Positions 22,173 to 35,044 of a stretch of DNA of 64,000 nt are shown here, piece by piece (the stretch's first letter is position 1; the number at the start of each line of letters is the position of its first letter). Source of the stretch: Burkholderiales bacterium (lineage in GTDB: Bacteria > Pseudomonadota > Gammaproteobacteria > Burkholderiales > SG8-41); contig JAYTWR010000083.1 in the NCBI GenBank assembly GCA_043743335.1, positions 29,371-93,370 of the forward strand, written 5' to 3'. The notes under the pieces are model-generated. The model searched no databases, was not told the origin of the DNA, and saw only the letters and a program-made list of their open reading frames with translations. Both the position numbers and the translations under genes were made by a program.

Positions 22173-23546
22173 ATGCCGACGCCCCTTCAGCCCAGCCATG
22201 ACAGTATAGCGGCCATAGCCACTGCGCCGGGCCGCGCGGGCATCGGCGTCGTCAGAGTGTCTGGCAAATCGCTGGCGGCGCTGGCGCTGGCGCTTTGCGG
22301 AAAGTCTTTGCCGCCGCGCCAAGCGATTCTCAGTGACTTCAAAGACGGGCAGGGCACCGCTATCGATCAAGGCCTAGCGCTTTTTTTCCCTGCGCCACGG
22401 TCCTACACCGGTGAAGACGTGCTTGAACTGCAAGGCCATGGCGGCCCGGTGGTGCTGCAGCGGGTGCTCAAGCGCTGTCTGGAATTAGGTGCGCGGGTGG
22501 CCGAGCCTGGCGAATTCAGCAAGCGCGCCTTTCTCAACGGCAAAATGGATCTGGCGCAAGCAGAGGGCGTGGCCGACCTTATTGATGCGGCGACCGAGCA
22601 GGCCGCCCGCTGCGCCAACCGCTCCATCCAGGGCGAGTTTTCGGCGGCGGTGCATGCTGTCGCAGACGGGCTGACCGAACTGCGTGCGCTGACCGAGGCC
22701 ACGCTCGATTTCCCCGAAGAAGACATCGACACCGGCACCCGCAGCGACCAAGGGGTAAGGTTGATCGGGATTCGCGAAAAACTGGCGCGCCTGATCGCGG
22801 CCGCAAGCCAGGGTAGCCTGTTGCGGGAGGGTGCGGTGGTGGTGCTGGCGGGGCAGCCGAACGCGGGTAAATCCAGCTTGCTGAATCGGCTAGCGGGCGA
22901 GGAAATCGCCATCGTCACCGATATCCCCGGTACCACGCGCGACGCCATACGCCAGAGCATTAACTTAGGTGGCGTGCCAGTGCATATCGTTGATACCGCA
23001 GGCTTGCGCGAATCCGCCGATCCAGTAGAACAAATCGGCATTGCCCGCACCTGGGCGGCAATAGCCCAGGCCGACCTAGCGGTGTTGGTGATTGACGCCA
23101 CGCAAGGCGAAACCGAAGCCGATCGCGCCATACTGGCGCAACTCCCGCCAAGCCTGCCGTGCCTGCGCGTCTATAACAAAGCGGATTTGGTGGATTTGGT
23201 GGATCGGGCGAGTGCAGCAGCGCGCCCCAGTGCAGGGGTGGTCACCCTGTCTGCGAAAACCGGCGTGGGCTTGGATGGTTTTCGAGCAGCCTTGAGCGTG
23301 GCTATCGGCTGGCGCGGCGACCTAGAAGACGGAGGCGGAGGCGTGTTTATGGCGCGCACCCGACATCTGGCTGTGCTGCGGCTGGCCGAAGCGGGCCTGG
23401 CGCGCGCGGCCGACCAAAGCGGCCAGCAAGAACTCTTCGCCGAAGAACTGCGCGCGGCCCATCAAGCCTTGATGTCCATTACCGGCGAAGTCACTGCCGA
23501 CGATCTGCTCGGCGAAATATTCTCGCGTTTTTGCATCGGCAAGTAG
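22173..23546 (+). CDS. mnmE: tRNA modification GTPase MnmE
   Basis: 457 aa. [23 protein letters not shown]-terminus, G-domain [12 protein letters not shown] / DTAGLR / NKADL, C-terminal CIGK. Confidence 0.95.
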   Translation: MPTPLQPSHDSIAAIATAPGRAGIGVVRVSGKSLAALALALCGKSLPPRQAILSDFKDGQGTAIDQGLALFFPAPRSYTGEDVLELQGHGGPVVLQRVLKRCLELGARVAEPGEFSKRAFLNGKMDLAQAEGVADLIDAATEQAARCANRSIQGEFSAAVHAVADGLTELRALTEATLDFPEEDIDTGTRSDQGVRLIGIREKLARLIAAASQGSLLREGAVVVLAGQPNAGKSSLLNRLAGEEIAIVTDIPGTTRDAIRQSINLGGVPVHIVDTAGLRESADPVEQIGIARTWAAIAQADLAVLVIDATQGETEADRAILAQLPPSLPCLRVYNKADLVDLVDRASAAARPSAGVVTLSAKTGVGLDGFRAALSVAIGWRGDLEDGGGGVFMARTRHLAVLRLAEAGLARAADQSGQQELFAEELRAAHQALMSITGEVTADDLLGEIFSRFCIGK

Positions 23547-23563
23547 AAAGCGTTGTACGCCGA

Positions 23564-23579
23564 TGTTCCACGTGGAACA
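23564..23579. promoter_or_regulatory. parS: parS centromere-like site (TGTTCCACGTGGAACA, perfect palindrome)
   Basis: Perfect 16-mer, within a 20-bp perfect palindrome GATGTTCCACGTGGAACATC (23562-23581), in the mnmE-mnmG spacer. Confidence 0.85.
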
Positions 23580-23652
23580 TCACCGAATTTTCAGCTATCC
23601 GCGCGCGCGCGAATTCGCTATAATGCGTACCCTATCGCAGCCCGATAAAATA

Positions 23653-25545
23653 ATGCAACTAATTGATTTATATGATGTTATAGTCGTTGGTGGAGGGCAC
23701 GCCGGGGCCGAGGCCGCACTCGCGGCCGCGCGCATGGGCTGCAACACGCTGCTGCTCACCCACAGTATCGAAACGCTGGGGCAGATGTCGTGCAACCCCT
23801 CCATCGGCGGCATCGGCAAAGGGCACTTGGTGAAGGAAGTCGATGCGCTGGGCGGGGCCATGGCAGCGGCCACCGACGAAGCCGGCATCCAGTTTCGCAT
23901 CCTCAATTCGCGCAAGGGCCCGGCGGTGCGCGCCACGCGAGCGCAGGCCGACCGCGTGCTGTATCGCAAAGCCCTGCGCGAACGGTTGGAGAATCACCCG
24001 AAGCTTAAAATTTTCCAGCAAGCCGTTGATGACCTGATTCTGGAGGGTGACAAAGTCACCGGTGTCATTACCCAAATCGGCGTCAAGTTTCACGCGCGAG
24101 CGGTGGTCCTGACGGCGGGCACCTTCCTCGCGGGCAGGGTGCATGTGGGGTTGCAAAATCACCCAGCGGGCCGCGCTGGCGATCCGCCCGCGCTCACGCT
24201 CGCACAGCGCCTGCGCGAACTGAATCTCGGGGTCGGGCGTTTGAAAACCGGCACGCCGCCGCGCATCGATGGTCGCAGCATTGATTTCAGTGTGATGCAA
24301 GAACAACCGGGCGACAATCCCGCGCCGGTGTTTTCCTTCATGGGCAACCGCGCGCAACACCCGCAACAACTGCCGTGCTGGATCACCCACACGCACGAAG
24401 GCACGCATGACATTATCCGCGCCGGGCTGGATCGTTCGCCATTATTTACCGGCGTAATCGAAGGCATAGGCCCGCGCTACTGCCCGTCGATAGAAGACAA
24501 AATCACGCGCTTCGCCGACAAAACCGGGCACCAGATTTTTCTGGAACCCGAGGGCCTGACCGTACACGAGTTCTACCCTAACGGCATTTCCACCAGCTTG
24601 CCCTACGATGTGCAGTACGCGCTGGTGCGCTCAATCAGGGGCCTCGAAAATGCGCACCTCACGCGCCCTGGCTATGCCATTGAATACGATTATTTTGATC
24701 CGCGCGGCTTGAAAAGCTCGCTGGAAACCAAGGCGCTATCAGGCCTATTTTTCGCCGGGCAAATCAACGGTACCACGGGCTACGAAGAGGCCGCCGCGCA
24801 AGGCCTGCTCGCGGGCCTGAATGCCGCACGCCACGTGCAGGAGCGCGAAGCTTGGTGCCCGAAACGCAATGAGGCCTATCTCGGCGTGCTGGTCGATGAC
24901 TTAATTACGCGCGGCGTGTCGGAGCCGTATCGCATGTTCACCAGCCGCGCCGAATATCGTTTGTCACTACGCGAAGACAACGCCGATTTGCGCCTCACCG
25001 AAATCGGTCGCCAACTGGGTTTGGTGAACGACGCGCGCTGGGCTGCCTTCGAACAAAAACGCGAAGCCATTGCGCGGGAACAGGAGCGGCTGAAAGCCAC
25101 GTGGGTGAATCCGCGCGTCGTCGATGAGGCCGCAGCACACCGCGTGCTGGGCCAAGCCATGGAGCGCGAATACCCGTTACTGGATTTGTTGCGCCGCCCG
25201 GATGTGACCTACAGCGCGCTGATGACCTTGCCCGGCGCCGGTACGGGCGTGGCAGATGCGCAGGTTGCCGAGCAAGTGGAAATTCAGGCCAAGTATCAGG
25301 GCTACATCGAACGCCAGCGCGAAGAAATCGAGCGCAGCGCGCAGCAGGAAGACACACGCTTGCCGCAAGACATTGATTACAAAAAGATTTCTGGGCTTTC
25401 GATAGAGGCGCAGCAAAAGCTCACCAAACACCAACCGGAAACCTTGGGTCAGGCCGCGCGCATTTCCGGCATTACGCCGGCGACGATTTCAGTGTTGATG
25501 GTGTACGCCAAGCGCGGATTTGCCGGGCAGCGTAAAACGGCATGA
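23653..25545 (+). CDS. mnmG: tRNA uridine 5-carboxymethylaminomethyl modification enzyme MnmG (GidA)
   Basis: 630 aa from ATG 23653 ([29 protein letters not shown]), which matches the usual spacing before the FAD-binding GGGHAG. Track start 23563 lies inside parS, and ATG 23623 overlaps a TATAAT box. Confidence 0.9.
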   Translation: MQLIDLYDVIVVGGGHAGAEAALAAARMGCNTLLLTHSIETLGQMSCNPSIGGIGKGHLVKEVDALGGAMAAATDEAGIQFRILNSRKGPAVRATRAQADRVLYRKALRERLENHPKLKIFQQAVDDLILEGDKVTGVITQIGVKFHARAVVLTAGTFLAGRVHVGLQNHPAGRAGDPPALTLAQRLRELNLGVGRLKTGTPPRIDGRSIDFSVMQEQPGDNPAPVFSFMGNRAQHPQQLPCWITHTHEGTHDIIRAGLDRSPLFTGVIEGIGPRYCPSIEDKITRFADKTGHQIFLEPEGLTVHEFYPNGISTSLPYDVQYALVRSIRGLENAHLTRPGYAIEYDYFDPRGLKSSLETKALSGLFFAGQINGTTGYEEAAAQGLLAGLNAARHVQEREAWCPKRNEAYLGVLVDDLITRGVSEPYRMFTSRAEYRLSLREDNADLRLTEIGRQLGLVNDARWAAFEQKREAIAREQERLKATWVNPRVVDEAAAHRVLGQAMEREYPLLDLLRRPDVTYSALMTLPGAGTGVADAQVAEQVEIQAKYQGYIERQREEIERSAQQEDTRLPQDIDYKKISGLSIEAQQKLTKHQPETLGQAARISGITPATISVLMVYAKRGFAGQRKTA

Positions 25546-26168
25546 GCGCCGCTGTGACGTTGCAAGATGGGCTTCAGCGCCTCAACCTCACCTTGCCTGA
25601 CGCCGCGCAGCAAAAGCTGCGGGATTACCTCGCGCTGGTGCAAAAGTGGAACAAGGTCTACAACCTGACGGCAGTGCGCGACGCCGAAAAAATGCTCACG
25701 CACCATCTGCTCGATAGTTTGGCCGTCGTGCCGCACGTGGCGCACGCCAAAACCCTGCTGGATGTCGGCAGCGGCGCTGGCTTGCCGGGCATACCGCTGG
25801 CGCTGGCGCTGCCGGATTTGCAGGTGACGCTGCTCGACAGCAACCAAAAGAAGACCGCGTTTTTGCATCAGGCGGTCATTGAATTGCAACTCGCCAATGT
25901 GCAGGTGATGTGCGGGCGCGTAGAAAAAACTGAATTAAATCAATTAGTTGATGTGGTGATCTCGCGGGCGTTTGCGGATTTACCGGCGTTTGCCGCGCTG
26001 GCGGGTCGCTTCGTTGCGGCGGGCGGCACCTTACTCGCCATGAAGGGCGTCAACCCGCAGGACGAAATAGCGCAGTTGAATGCCGACTTTACGCTGGCCG
26101 GCGTCACCCCCATCACCGTACCCGGCCTTGATGCCGCGCGGCATCTGGTTTTTCTCAAAGCGGCGTAA
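25542..26168 (+). CDS. rsmG: 16S rRNA m7G527 methyltransferase RsmG (GidB)
   Basis: 208 aa. [19 protein letters not shown] motif [20 protein letters not shown] overlap with mnmG. Confidence 0.9.
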   Translation: MSAAVTLQDGLQRLNLTLPDAAQQKLRDYLALVQKWNKVYNLTAVRDAEKMLTHHLLDSLAVVPHVAHAKTLLDVGSGAGLPGIPLALALPDLQVTLLDSNQKKTAFLHQAVIELQLANVQVMCGRVEKTELNQLVDVVISRAFADLPAFAALAGRFVAAGGTLLAMKGVNPQDEIAQLNADFTLAGVTPITVPGLDAARHLVFLKAA

Positions 26169-26173
26169 ACACC

Positions 26174-26965
26174 ATGGCACGCATACTCGCAATCACCAAT
26201 CAAAAAGGCGGTGTGGGCAAAACCACCACCAGCGTCAATCTCGCCGCCAGTCTTGCCGCAGCGAAGCAACGCGTGCTACTGGTGGATCTAGATCCGCAGG
26301 GCAACGCCACCATGGGCAGCGGCATCGACAAACGCGCGTTGACGGCGACGGTTTATCAAGTGCTGCTGGGCGAAAAAACGCTGGCAGAGGTGCGCGTGCT
26401 CTCGGGCAAACAGGAATACGACGTGGTGCCCGCCAATCGTGACCTCGCCGGTGCCGAAGTCGAAATGGTCGATATCGAGCACCGCGAAACGCGCCTCAAA
26501 ACCGCCATCGCAGCGCACGCGAGTGACTACGATTACGTGTTGATCGATTGCCCACCCGCGCTGAATTTACTTACGGTGAATGGTCTCACGGCAGCGCACG
26601 CGGTGATGATCCCCATGCAGTGCGAGTACTACGCGCTTGAAGGTTTGTCCGATCTGGTGCAGACCGTTAAAAAAGTGCGCGCGCATTTAAACCCCACACT
26701 CGAAATCGAAGGCCTGCTGCGCACCATGTTCGATCCGCGTAACACGCTCGCGCAGCAGGTGTCGCAGCAGTTGCTCGATCACTTTGGCGACAAGGTGTAT
26801 CGCACGGTGATCCCGCGCAACATCCGCTTGGCCGAAGCGCCCAGCCACGGCCTGCCGGTGATGCACTTTGACCGCGCGTCCAAGGGCGCCCAGGCGTACA
26901 TTGCGCTGGCGGGCGAAATGCTGAATCGCAACCGCGCTCCCACAACAGCAGCGGCGGCGGTTTAG
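26174..26965 (+). CDS. parA: Chromosome partitioning ATPase ParA (Soj)
   Basis: 263 aa with the deviant Walker A NQKGGVGKTTT. Confidence 0.9.
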   Translation: MARILAITNQKGGVGKTTTSVNLAASLAAAKQRVLLVDLDPQGNATMGSGIDKRALTATVYQVLLGEKTLAEVRVLSGKQEYDVVPANRDLAGAEVEMVDIEHRETRLKTAIAAHASDYDYVLIDCPPALNLLTVNGLTAAHAVMIPMQCEYYALEGLSDLVQTVKKVRAHLNPTLEIEGLLRTMFDPRNTLAQQVSQQLLDHFGDKVYRTVIPRNIRLAEAPSHGLPVMHFDRASKGAQAYIALAGEMLNRNRAPTTAAAAV

Positions 26966-26967
26966 TT

Positions 26968-27825
26968 ATGGCGAAACTCAAAGGCTTGGGGCGCGGTCTC
27001 GATGCGTTGCTCGGCGCAGATGAACCCGCCAAACCCGTGGTCGCCGCCGGCGACACGCAAAGTGAGTTAGCGGTTGATCTCTTGCAGCCCGGCAAATTCC
27101 AGCCGCGCAGCCGCATGGATCAAGAGGCGTTGAAATCGCTGGCCGAATCCATCAAAACCCAAGGCGTGATTCAGCCCATCCTGGTGCGCCCGGTGGCAGA
27201 GGGCCAATACGAAATCATCGCCGGCGAGCGCCGCTGGCGGGCCTCGCGTATGGCGGGTTTGCAAGCCGTGCCCGTGGTGATAAGAAATATTCCCGATAAT
27301 CAAGCACTTGCCGTAGCGCTGATTGAAAACATCCAGCGCGAAGATTTGAATCCGCTGGAGCAGGCGCTGGGCACACAGCGCCTCATCAACGAATTCGGCC
27401 TGACGCACCAAGCGGCCGCCGAAGCACTCGGCCGCTCGCGCACCGCCGTGACCAATCTATTAAGGCTGCTCGAACTCGCGCCGCCGGTGCGCGACTTGCT
27501 CGCCGACGGCAAGCTCGACATGGGCCATGCGCGCGCACTGCTGGCGTTACCCGCGCTGCGCCAGGTCGAACTCGCGAATGAAATCGATACCAAGGGCCTG
27601 ACCGTGCGCGACGTGGAAAAACGCGTCAGCGAGCTTATTTCCCGTCCCAAACCGCGTATCCCACGCGCCGTAGATCGCGACGTCGCCCGCTTGCAAGAAG
27701 ACCTCGCGCAAAAGCTCGGCACGGCGGTGAAAATCAAGCAAAAAAGCCAAGGGCGCGGCGCGTTGATTGTGGAATACGGGTCTCTCGATCAGTTGGACGG
27801 GTTAATCGAGAAGCTGCGGCGCTAG
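26968..27825 (+). CDS. parB: Chromosome partitioning protein ParB (Spo0J)
   Basis: 285 aa. ParB box IIAGERRWRAS and an HTH (LTHQAAAEALGRSRTAVTNLLRLL). Confidence 0.9.
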   Translation: MAKLKGLGRGLDALLGADEPAKPVVAAGDTQSELAVDLLQPGKFQPRSRMDQEALKSLAESIKTQGVIQPILVRPVAEGQYEIIAGERRWRASRMAGLQAVPVVIRNIPDNQALAVALIENIQREDLNPLEQALGTQRLINEFGLTHQAAAEALGRSRTAVTNLLRLLELAPPVRDLLADGKLDMGHARALLALPALRQVELANEIDTKGLTVRDVEKRVSELISRPKPRIPRAVDRDVARLQEDLAQKLGTAVKIKQKSQGRGALIVEYGSLDQLDGLIEKLRR

Positions 27826-27860
27826 CGGGCCTACATGCCCATATTGCGTTGCACCACATC

Positions 27861-27890
27861 TTGACCGGGCCGCATAAAACCACGTACAAT
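27861..27890 (+). promoter_or_regulatory. Candidate sigma70 promoter for the atp operon
   Basis: TTGACC (27861-27866), 18-nt spacer, TACAAT (27885-27890), 40 nt upstream of atpI. Confidence 0.4.
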
Positions 27891-27929
27891 CAATGAGTTT
27901 GCTTGATCTGCGAATTTCCAAAGTAGCGC

Positions 27930-28310
27930 ATGTTGATCCGCTTTGACAGTAAACCCATACGTACCGTTTTGCGATGGCAGCTGATCGCAACGGTCGTTAT
28001 CGCGGCAGGTGCGGGCCTTTGGGCCGGGGTGCATGGCGCGGTATCTGCGATTTTGGGGGGTGGGATCAACCAGCTTGCGGATTTGGCGTACGCCCTGTTG
28101 ATTTCGGGCGGCGGCGGTATCAGGCAAATAAGAACCGCAGGGAACACCCTGCGTACCATGTTCAGAGCGGAATCGGTTCGTATCCTTCTGATCATATTTT
28201 TGTTGGGATGGGTGTTGACGTCCTATAAAGACGTGGTTCATCCGGCGTTATTTTTGTCGTTCGTTGTTTCGGTGCTGGTTTTCCGGGCGGCGATCATGGT
28301 TAAAGAATAG
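27930..28310 (+). CDS. atpI: ATP synthase protein I
   Basis: 126-aa hydrophobic protein in the canonical position before atpB. Confidence 0.7.
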   Translation: MLIRFDSKPIRTVLRWQLIATVVIAAGAGLWAGVHGAVSAILGGGINQLADLAYALLISGGGGIRQIRTAGNTLRTMFRAESVRILLIIFLLGWVLTSYKDVVHPALFLSFVVSVLVFRAAIMVKE

Positions 28311-28327
28311 GTTACGAGACCCGCACG

Positions 28328-29137
28328 ATGGCTACCGCAGGCGCAGAACTCACCCCTACCAGTTATATTGGCCACCACCTGACCAATCGTACGATTTCGC
28401 TGGGTGACGGCCCGTTCTGGACGCTGCATCTGGATACATGGCTCACCTCGGTGATGCTCGGCGTCGTCGGTTTCGGCTTTTTGTGGTGGATCGTTAAAGG
28501 CGCCACCGCCGGCGTGCCCAACAAGCGCCAAGCCTTCGTCGAAATGTTGTTTGATTTTGTTGACGATCAAGTTAAAGGCATTTTCCACGGCAACCGCGCT
28601 TTTGTCGCGCCGCTGGCGTTGACGGTGTTTGTTTGGGTGCTGTTGATGAACGCGATGGATTTCATCCCTGTCGATCTCGCGGCACTGTTTACCGAAAATG
28701 CCTTGCACCAGCACGAGTGGAAGCCGGTGCCGACCTCCGACGTGAACACCACGTTTGCGCTAGCGCTGTCCGTGTTTGGTTTGATGATTTTCTACAATCT
28801 CAAAGTTAAAGGCATTGGCGGCTGGACACACGAGCTGTTCTGCACGCCCTTTGGCAGCCATATATTGTTGATGCCGCTGAATTTAATCTTCAATTTGGTC
28901 GAATACATTTCCAAGCCCCTGTCGCACTCCCTGCGGCTTTACGGCAACATTTACGCGGGCGAAATCATTTTCATGCTGCTGTGGATGTGGGCGGCTACCG
29001 GCTTGGTCGGCTCGATATTCGGCGGCGTGCTGGCGCTGGGTTGGGCGATTTTTCACATCCTGATTGTGGCGCTGCAAGCGTATATTTTCATGATGCTCAC
29101 CATTGTCTATATGGCGATGGCCCACGAAAGCCACTAG
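28328..29137 (+). CDS. atpB: F0F1 ATP synthase subunit a
   Basis: 269 aa. [15 protein letters not shown] contains the conserved Arg. Confidence 0.95.
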   Translation: MATAGAELTPTSYIGHHLTNRTISLGDGPFWTLHLDTWLTSVMLGVVGFGFLWWIVKGATAGVPNKRQAFVEMLFDFVDDQVKGIFHGNRAFVAPLALTVFVWVLLMNAMDFIPVDLAALFTENALHQHEWKPVPTSDVNTTFALALSVFGLMIFYNLKVKGIGGWTHELFCTPFGSHILLMPLNLIFNLVEYISKPLSHSLRLYGNIYAGEIIFMLLWMWAATGLVGSIFGGVLALGWAIFHILIVALQAYIFMMLTIVYMAMAHESH

Positions 29138-29163
29138 GTTACGTAACTATTTGTTTTTATTGA

Positions 29164-29460
<297 letters not shown>

Positions 29461-29500
29461 ACACCGATACCCCGAGTAATCTGTCCCGCAGGGGAAGCCT

Positions 29501-29971
29501 ATGAACCTAAACGTCACCATGATCGCGCAGGCGGTCACGTTCTTCGTCTTTATTTTCTTTTGTGCGAAGTTCGTGTGGCCGCCCATGGTTAAGGCCATCG
29601 AAGCCCGCCAAAAGCAAATCGCCGATGGCTTGACGGCGGCTGAAGAGGGCAAAAAGGCGCTTGAAAACGCCTCCAAGCAGGCCGACGAAGCCATTGCACA
29701 GGCGCGTACTCGCGCGACAGAAATCGTCGCGCAGGCTGAAAAGCGCACGACGCAGATGATCGAAGAAGCCAAAATCTCGGCCAAGGCCGAAGGCGACCGC
29801 GAAAAAGCGGCCGCCAAATCTGAGATCGCGCAGGAAGTCTCGCGTGCGAAAGAAACCTTGCGCACGCAGGTTGCCACGCTTGCGGTGGCCGGTGCCGAGA
29901 AGATCTTGAAGCGTGAAGTCGACGCCAAGGCGCACGCCGACATTTTGTCTGACGTTCAAAAGCAACTGTAA
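29501..29971 (+). CDS. atpF: F0F1 ATP synthase subunit b
   Basis: 156 aa with an N-terminal TM followed by a long charged helix. Confidence 0.9.
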   Translation: MNLNVTMIAQAVTFFVFIFFCAKFVWPPMVKAIEARQKQIADGLTAAEEGKKALENASKQADEAIAQARTRATEIVAQAEKRTTQMIEEAKISAKAEGDREKAAAKSEIAQEVSRAKETLRTQVATLAVAGAEKILKREVDAKAHADILSDVQKQL

Positions 29972-29989
29972 TTCAAGCGGTTATCAGAC

Positions 29990-30526
29990 ATGGCTGAACC
30001 CATCACCATCGCCCGACCCTACGCCGAAGCGGTGTTCAAGCTCGCTGTCGAAGGGAATACCCTCGCAGCTTGGTCTGACGCCATCGCTAATATTGACGGC
30101 GTGGTGGCGGACAGCCGTGTGCAAGCCTGCATCAGCGACCCGAAAGTCAGCGCGCAACAGCTAGAAGGTTTGGTGCTCGGCGTGCTCGGCGACAAACTCG
30201 CTGGCGACGCACGCAACTTCGTGCAGGTGCTGGTGCAAAACAAACGGCTGGATGTGATGCCGCTGATACGCTCGCACTTCGAGGCGCTCAAGCGTGAAAA
30301 AGAAGGCGTACTCGAGGCGAGAATTATCTCTGCTTTGAAAATGGACGACGCACAAGTTAAACAACTCGTCGCCCAGCTCGAAACCAAATACCAGCGCAAA
30401 GTGATTGCGCAAGTCGAAACGGACGCGTCGCTGATCGGCGGCGTCAAAATCGTGGTCGGCGACAAAGTTATTGATGGCACGGTGCGCGGCAAGCTCGACG
30501 CCATGGCCGCCGCACTAGCGTCATAG
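29990..30526 (+). CDS. atpH: F0F1 ATP synthase subunit delta
   Basis: 178 aa. ARPYAEAVF N-terminus and IGGVKIVVGDKVIDGTVRGKL C-terminus. Confidence 0.9.
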   Translation: MAEPITIARPYAEAVFKLAVEGNTLAAWSDAIANIDGVVADSRVQACISDPKVSAQQLEGLVLGVLGDKLAGDARNFVQVLVQNKRLDVMPLIRSHFEALKREKEGVLEARIISALKMDDAQVKQLVAQLETKYQRKVIAQVETDASLIGGVKIVVGDKVIDGTVRGKLDAMAAALAS

Positions 30527-30558
30527 TTACTCATTAAGCAGTACACGGAGCAATCACC

Positions 30559-32100
30559 ATGCAACTCAACCCTTCCGAAATCAGCGAACTCATCAAGAGC
30601 CGCATCCAGAACCTCGCCGGTACCACCGAAGCGCGCACCCAAGGCACCGTGATCTCGGTGACTGACGGTATCTGTCGCATCCACGGTCTGGCGGACGCGA
30701 TGCAGGGCGAGATGTTGGAGTTTCCGAAAAACACCTTCGGACTCGCGCTGAATCTTGAGCGTGATTCAGTCGGCTCGGTTATTTTGGGTGAATACGAACA
30801 CATTTCCGAAGGCGATACGGTCAAAACCACGGGCCGCATTCTTGAAGTGCCGGTCGGCCCCGAACTGATTGGTCGCGTGGTGAATTCACTGGGCCAGCCA
30901 ATAGACGGCAAAGGCCCGGTCAACGCCAAAATGACTGACGTGATTGAAAAAGTGGCGCCGGGCGTGATTGAGCGTAAGTCAGTGTCGCAGCCGGTGCAAA
31001 CCGGATTGAAATCGATTGACGCCATGGTGCCTGTCGGCCGCGGTCAGCGCGAGCTGATCATCGGCGACCGTCAAACCGGCAAGACCGCGGTGGCGATCGA
31101 CACCATCATCAATCAAAAAGGCAAAGACCTGATTTGCGTTTACGTCGCCATCGGCCAAAAGGCCTCGTCGATCAAAACCGTGATTCGCAAGCTCGAAGAA
31201 TATGGTGCGATGGAATACACCATCGTGGTCGCCGCCACTGCCTCCGAGTCCGCCGCAATGCAGTTTATTGCGCCCTACTCCGGCTGCACCATGGGCGAAT
31301 ATTTCCGCGACCGCGGTCAGGATGCACTGATTATTTATGACGACCTGACCAAGCAGGCTTGGGCGTATCGTCAAGTGTCGCTGCTGCTGCGCCGCCCGCC
31401 GGGCCGTGAAGCGTATCCCGGCGACGTGTTCTATCTCCACTCGCGTTTGCTGGAGCGTGCTGCGCGCGTCAACGAAGAGTACGTTGAAAAATTCACCAAA
31501 GGCGCGGTCAAAGGCAAAACCGGTTCACTCACCGCGTTGCCTATTATTGAAACGCAGGCCGGCGACGTAACCGCCTTCGTGCCGACCAACGTGATTTCGA
31601 TTACCGATGGCCAGATCTTTTTGGAAACCGACTTGTTCAACGCCGGTATCCGCCCGGCGATTAACGCCGGTATCTCGGTGTCGCGTGTGGGCGGCGCGGC
31701 ACAAACCAAAATCGTTAAAAAGCTAGGCGGCGGCGTGCGTCTGGCGCTTGCGCAATATCGCGAATTGGCAGCGTTCGCGCAGTTCGCGTCTGACTTGGAT
31801 GAAGCCACCCGCAAGCAGTTGGAGCGCGGTCGCCTGGTGACGGAGTTAATGAAGCAGGCGCAATACGAGCCGCAGCAAGTGTGGGAAATGTCGCTGACGC
31901 TGTTCGGCGTCAACGGCGGTTACTTCGACGACGTAGATGTGAAAAAAGCGCTGGCAGCCGAGAAATCCTTGCGCGATCACGTCAAGAGCAAGCACGGCGA
32001 TTTGGTCAAGCGCATCGAAGACACTAAAGATTTATCCAAAGACGACGAAGCCAAGCTGAACGAGGCGATCAAAGACTGGAAGCAAAACGGTTCGTACTGA
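30559..32100 (+). CDS. atpA: F0F1 ATP synthase subunit alpha
   Basis: 513 aa with Walker [12 protein letters not shown]. Confidence 0.97.
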   Translation: MQLNPSEISELIKSRIQNLAGTTEARTQGTVISVTDGICRIHGLADAMQGEMLEFPKNTFGLALNLERDSVGSVILGEYEHISEGDTVKTTGRILEVPVGPELIGRVVNSLGQPIDGKGPVNAKMTDVIEKVAPGVIERKSVSQPVQTGLKSIDAMVPVGRGQRELIIGDRQTGKTAVAIDTIINQKGKDLICVYVAIGQKASSIKTVIRKLEEYGAMEYTIVVAATASESAAMQFIAPYSGCTMGEYFRDRGQDALIIYDDLTKQAWAYRQVSLLLRRPPGREAYPGDVFYLHSRLLERAARVNEEYVEKFTKGAVKGKTGSLTALPIIETQAGDVTAFVPTNVISITDGQIFLETDLFNAGIRPAINAGISVSRVGGAAQTKIVKKLGGGVRLALAQYRELAAFAQFASDLDEATRKQLERGRLVTELMKQAQYEPQQVWEMSLTLFGVNGGYFDDVDVKKALAAEKSLRDHVKSKHGDLVKRIEDTKDLSKDDEAKLNEAIKDWKQNGSY

Positions 32101-32159
32101 GCGACTTGATCTAAGCGCTTACTCACACAAATAACTATTTAAAATCAACTAGTTAGAAC

Positions 32160-33023
32160 ATGCCCGGTTCAAAGGAAATCCGCACCAAGATCAAGAGCGT
32201 GCAAAACACGCGCAAGATCACCAAGGCGATGGAAATGGTCGCGGCCTCCAAAATGCGTAAAGCGCAGGAGCGCATGCGCACCGCGCGTCCGTATGCGGAA
32301 AAAATCCGCAACGTAGCCGCGCACCTCAGCCAGGCGAACCCGGAATACCGGCATCCGTTTCTGGTGGCGCGTGATTCGGTCAAGCGTATCGGCATCATCG
32401 TCATCAGCACTGACAAAGGCTTGTGTGGCGGCTTGAACACCAACATCTTGCGTCTGGCGATGAACAAGATGAAGGAATGGGAAACCGAAGGCGAAGAAAT
32501 CGAAGTCTGCGCCATCGGCAACAAGGCGCTCGGTTTTATGCAGCGTTTGGGCGCGAACATTGTTTCGAACGTCACCGGCCTTGGCGACAAGCCGCAGATG
32601 GAAAAGCTCATCGGCGCGGTAAAAATCATGCTTGACGGCTACACGCAAGATCGCTTCGATCGCCTGATGATTTTCAGCACGCGCTTCATTAACACCATGA
32701 AGCAAGAGCCGACGATGGAGCAATTGCTGCCGCTGTCAGGCGATGCGCTGGGCGCGCCCGAAGGCACGTGGGATTACATCTACGAACCCGATGCCAAAGC
32801 CGTGCTGGAGCAAGTGCTAACCCGCTACATCGAATCGCTGATTTATCAGGCTGTGGCCGAGAACATCGCGTCCGAGCAATCGGCGCGCATGGTGGCGATG
32901 AAAGCCGCTTCGGATAACGCAGCAACCGTTATTGATGAGTTGACGTTGATCTACAACAAATCGCGTCAAGCGAGCATTACCAAAGAATTGTCGGAAATCG
33001 TCGCTGGTGCAGCGGCGGTATAA
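32160..33023 (+). CDS. atpG: F0F1 ATP synthase subunit gamma
   Basis: 287 aa. [32 protein letters not shown] ... [15 protein letters not shown]. Confidence 0.95.
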   Translation: MPGSKEIRTKIKSVQNTRKITKAMEMVAASKMRKAQERMRTARPYAEKIRNVAAHLSQANPEYRHPFLVARDSVKRIGIIVISTDKGLCGGLNTNILRLAMNKMKEWETEGEEIEVCAIGNKALGFMQRLGANIVSNVTGLGDKPQMEKLIGAVKIMLDGYTQDRFDRLMIFSTRFINTMKQEPTMEQLLPLSGDALGAPEGTWDYIYEPDAKAVLEQVLTRYIESLIYQAVAENIASEQSARMVAMKAASDNAATVIDELTLIYNKSRQASITKELSEIVAGAAAV

Positions 33024-34460
<1,437 letters not shown>

Positions 34461-34485
34461 GCACCCACCTGAGCTAATACCGATC

Positions 34486-34917
34486 ATGGCCGAAGCCGCA
34501 CACACTCTGCACGTAGACGTCGTCAGCGCCGAAGAGCAAATTTACTCCGGCGAGGCCGAATTCGTAGTGCTGCCTGGCGAGGCGGGCGAACTCGGTATAT
34601 ACCCGCGCCACACGCCGTTGATCACACGCATCAAGCCGGGCGTAGTGCGCATCAAAGTGCCGGGCAAGGCCGACGAAGAGTTTGTATTCGTCGCCGGTGG
34701 CGTGCTGGAAGTTCAGCCCAAGATGGTTACCGTGCTGGCAGATACCGCCATCCGTGGCAAAGACCTCGACGAAGCCAAAGCCACCGAGGCCTTGAAGCAA
34801 GCCGAAGAATCGCGCAAAACCGCCCAAAGCAAGCAGGAAGTTGCCACCGTCGAAGCCGAAATGGCCATGCTGGCAGCGCAACTCGCGGCGATTCGCAAGC
34901 TGCGCGGAAGACATTGA
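34486..34917 (+). CDS. atpC: F0F1 ATP synthase subunit epsilon
   Basis: 143 aa. [38 protein letters not shown]. Confidence 0.9.
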   Translation: MAEAAHTLHVDVVSAEEQIYSGEAEFVVLPGEAGELGIYPRHTPLITRIKPGVVRIKVPGKADEEFVFVAGGVLEVQPKMVTVLADTAIRGKDLDEAKATEALKQAEESRKTAQSKQEVATVEAEMAMLAAQLAAIRKLRGRH

Positions 34918-34942
34918 TTTTAAAGAGAATTTTCTCACGAAG

Positions 34943-34981
34943 CGAGGCAGCACAGGGTAAACCGGCTGCCTCGTTTGCTTT
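34943..34981 (+). terminator. Rho-independent terminator of the atp operon
   Basis: 9-bp stem CGAGGCAGC (34943-34951) / GCTGCCTCG (34965-34973), followed by TTTGCTTT. Confidence 0.75.
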
Positions 34982-34998
34982 GGTACGGGCGCATCGCC

Positions 34999-35026
34999 AA
35001 CCCGCAACCCGCAACCCGCAATCCGC
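34999..35026. repeat. Tandem heptad AACCCGC x4 (last copy AATCCGC)
   Basis: AACCCGC AACCCGC AACCCGC AATCCGC read directly. It ends 18 nt upstream of the glpD ATG. Confidence 0.8.
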
Positions 35027-35044
35027 GACACGCCCGCTAACACC

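Noticed and set aside
22152-23581. Two near-identical CACGTG-centred palindromes in front of the functionally linked mnmE and mnmG genes. At first they looked like a novel shared operator.
   Set aside because: Both match the well-known parS consensus TGTTNCACGTGAAACA (15/16 and a perfect palindromic variant), and parAB lie just downstream. They are therefore annotated as parS rather than as a new regulatory motif.
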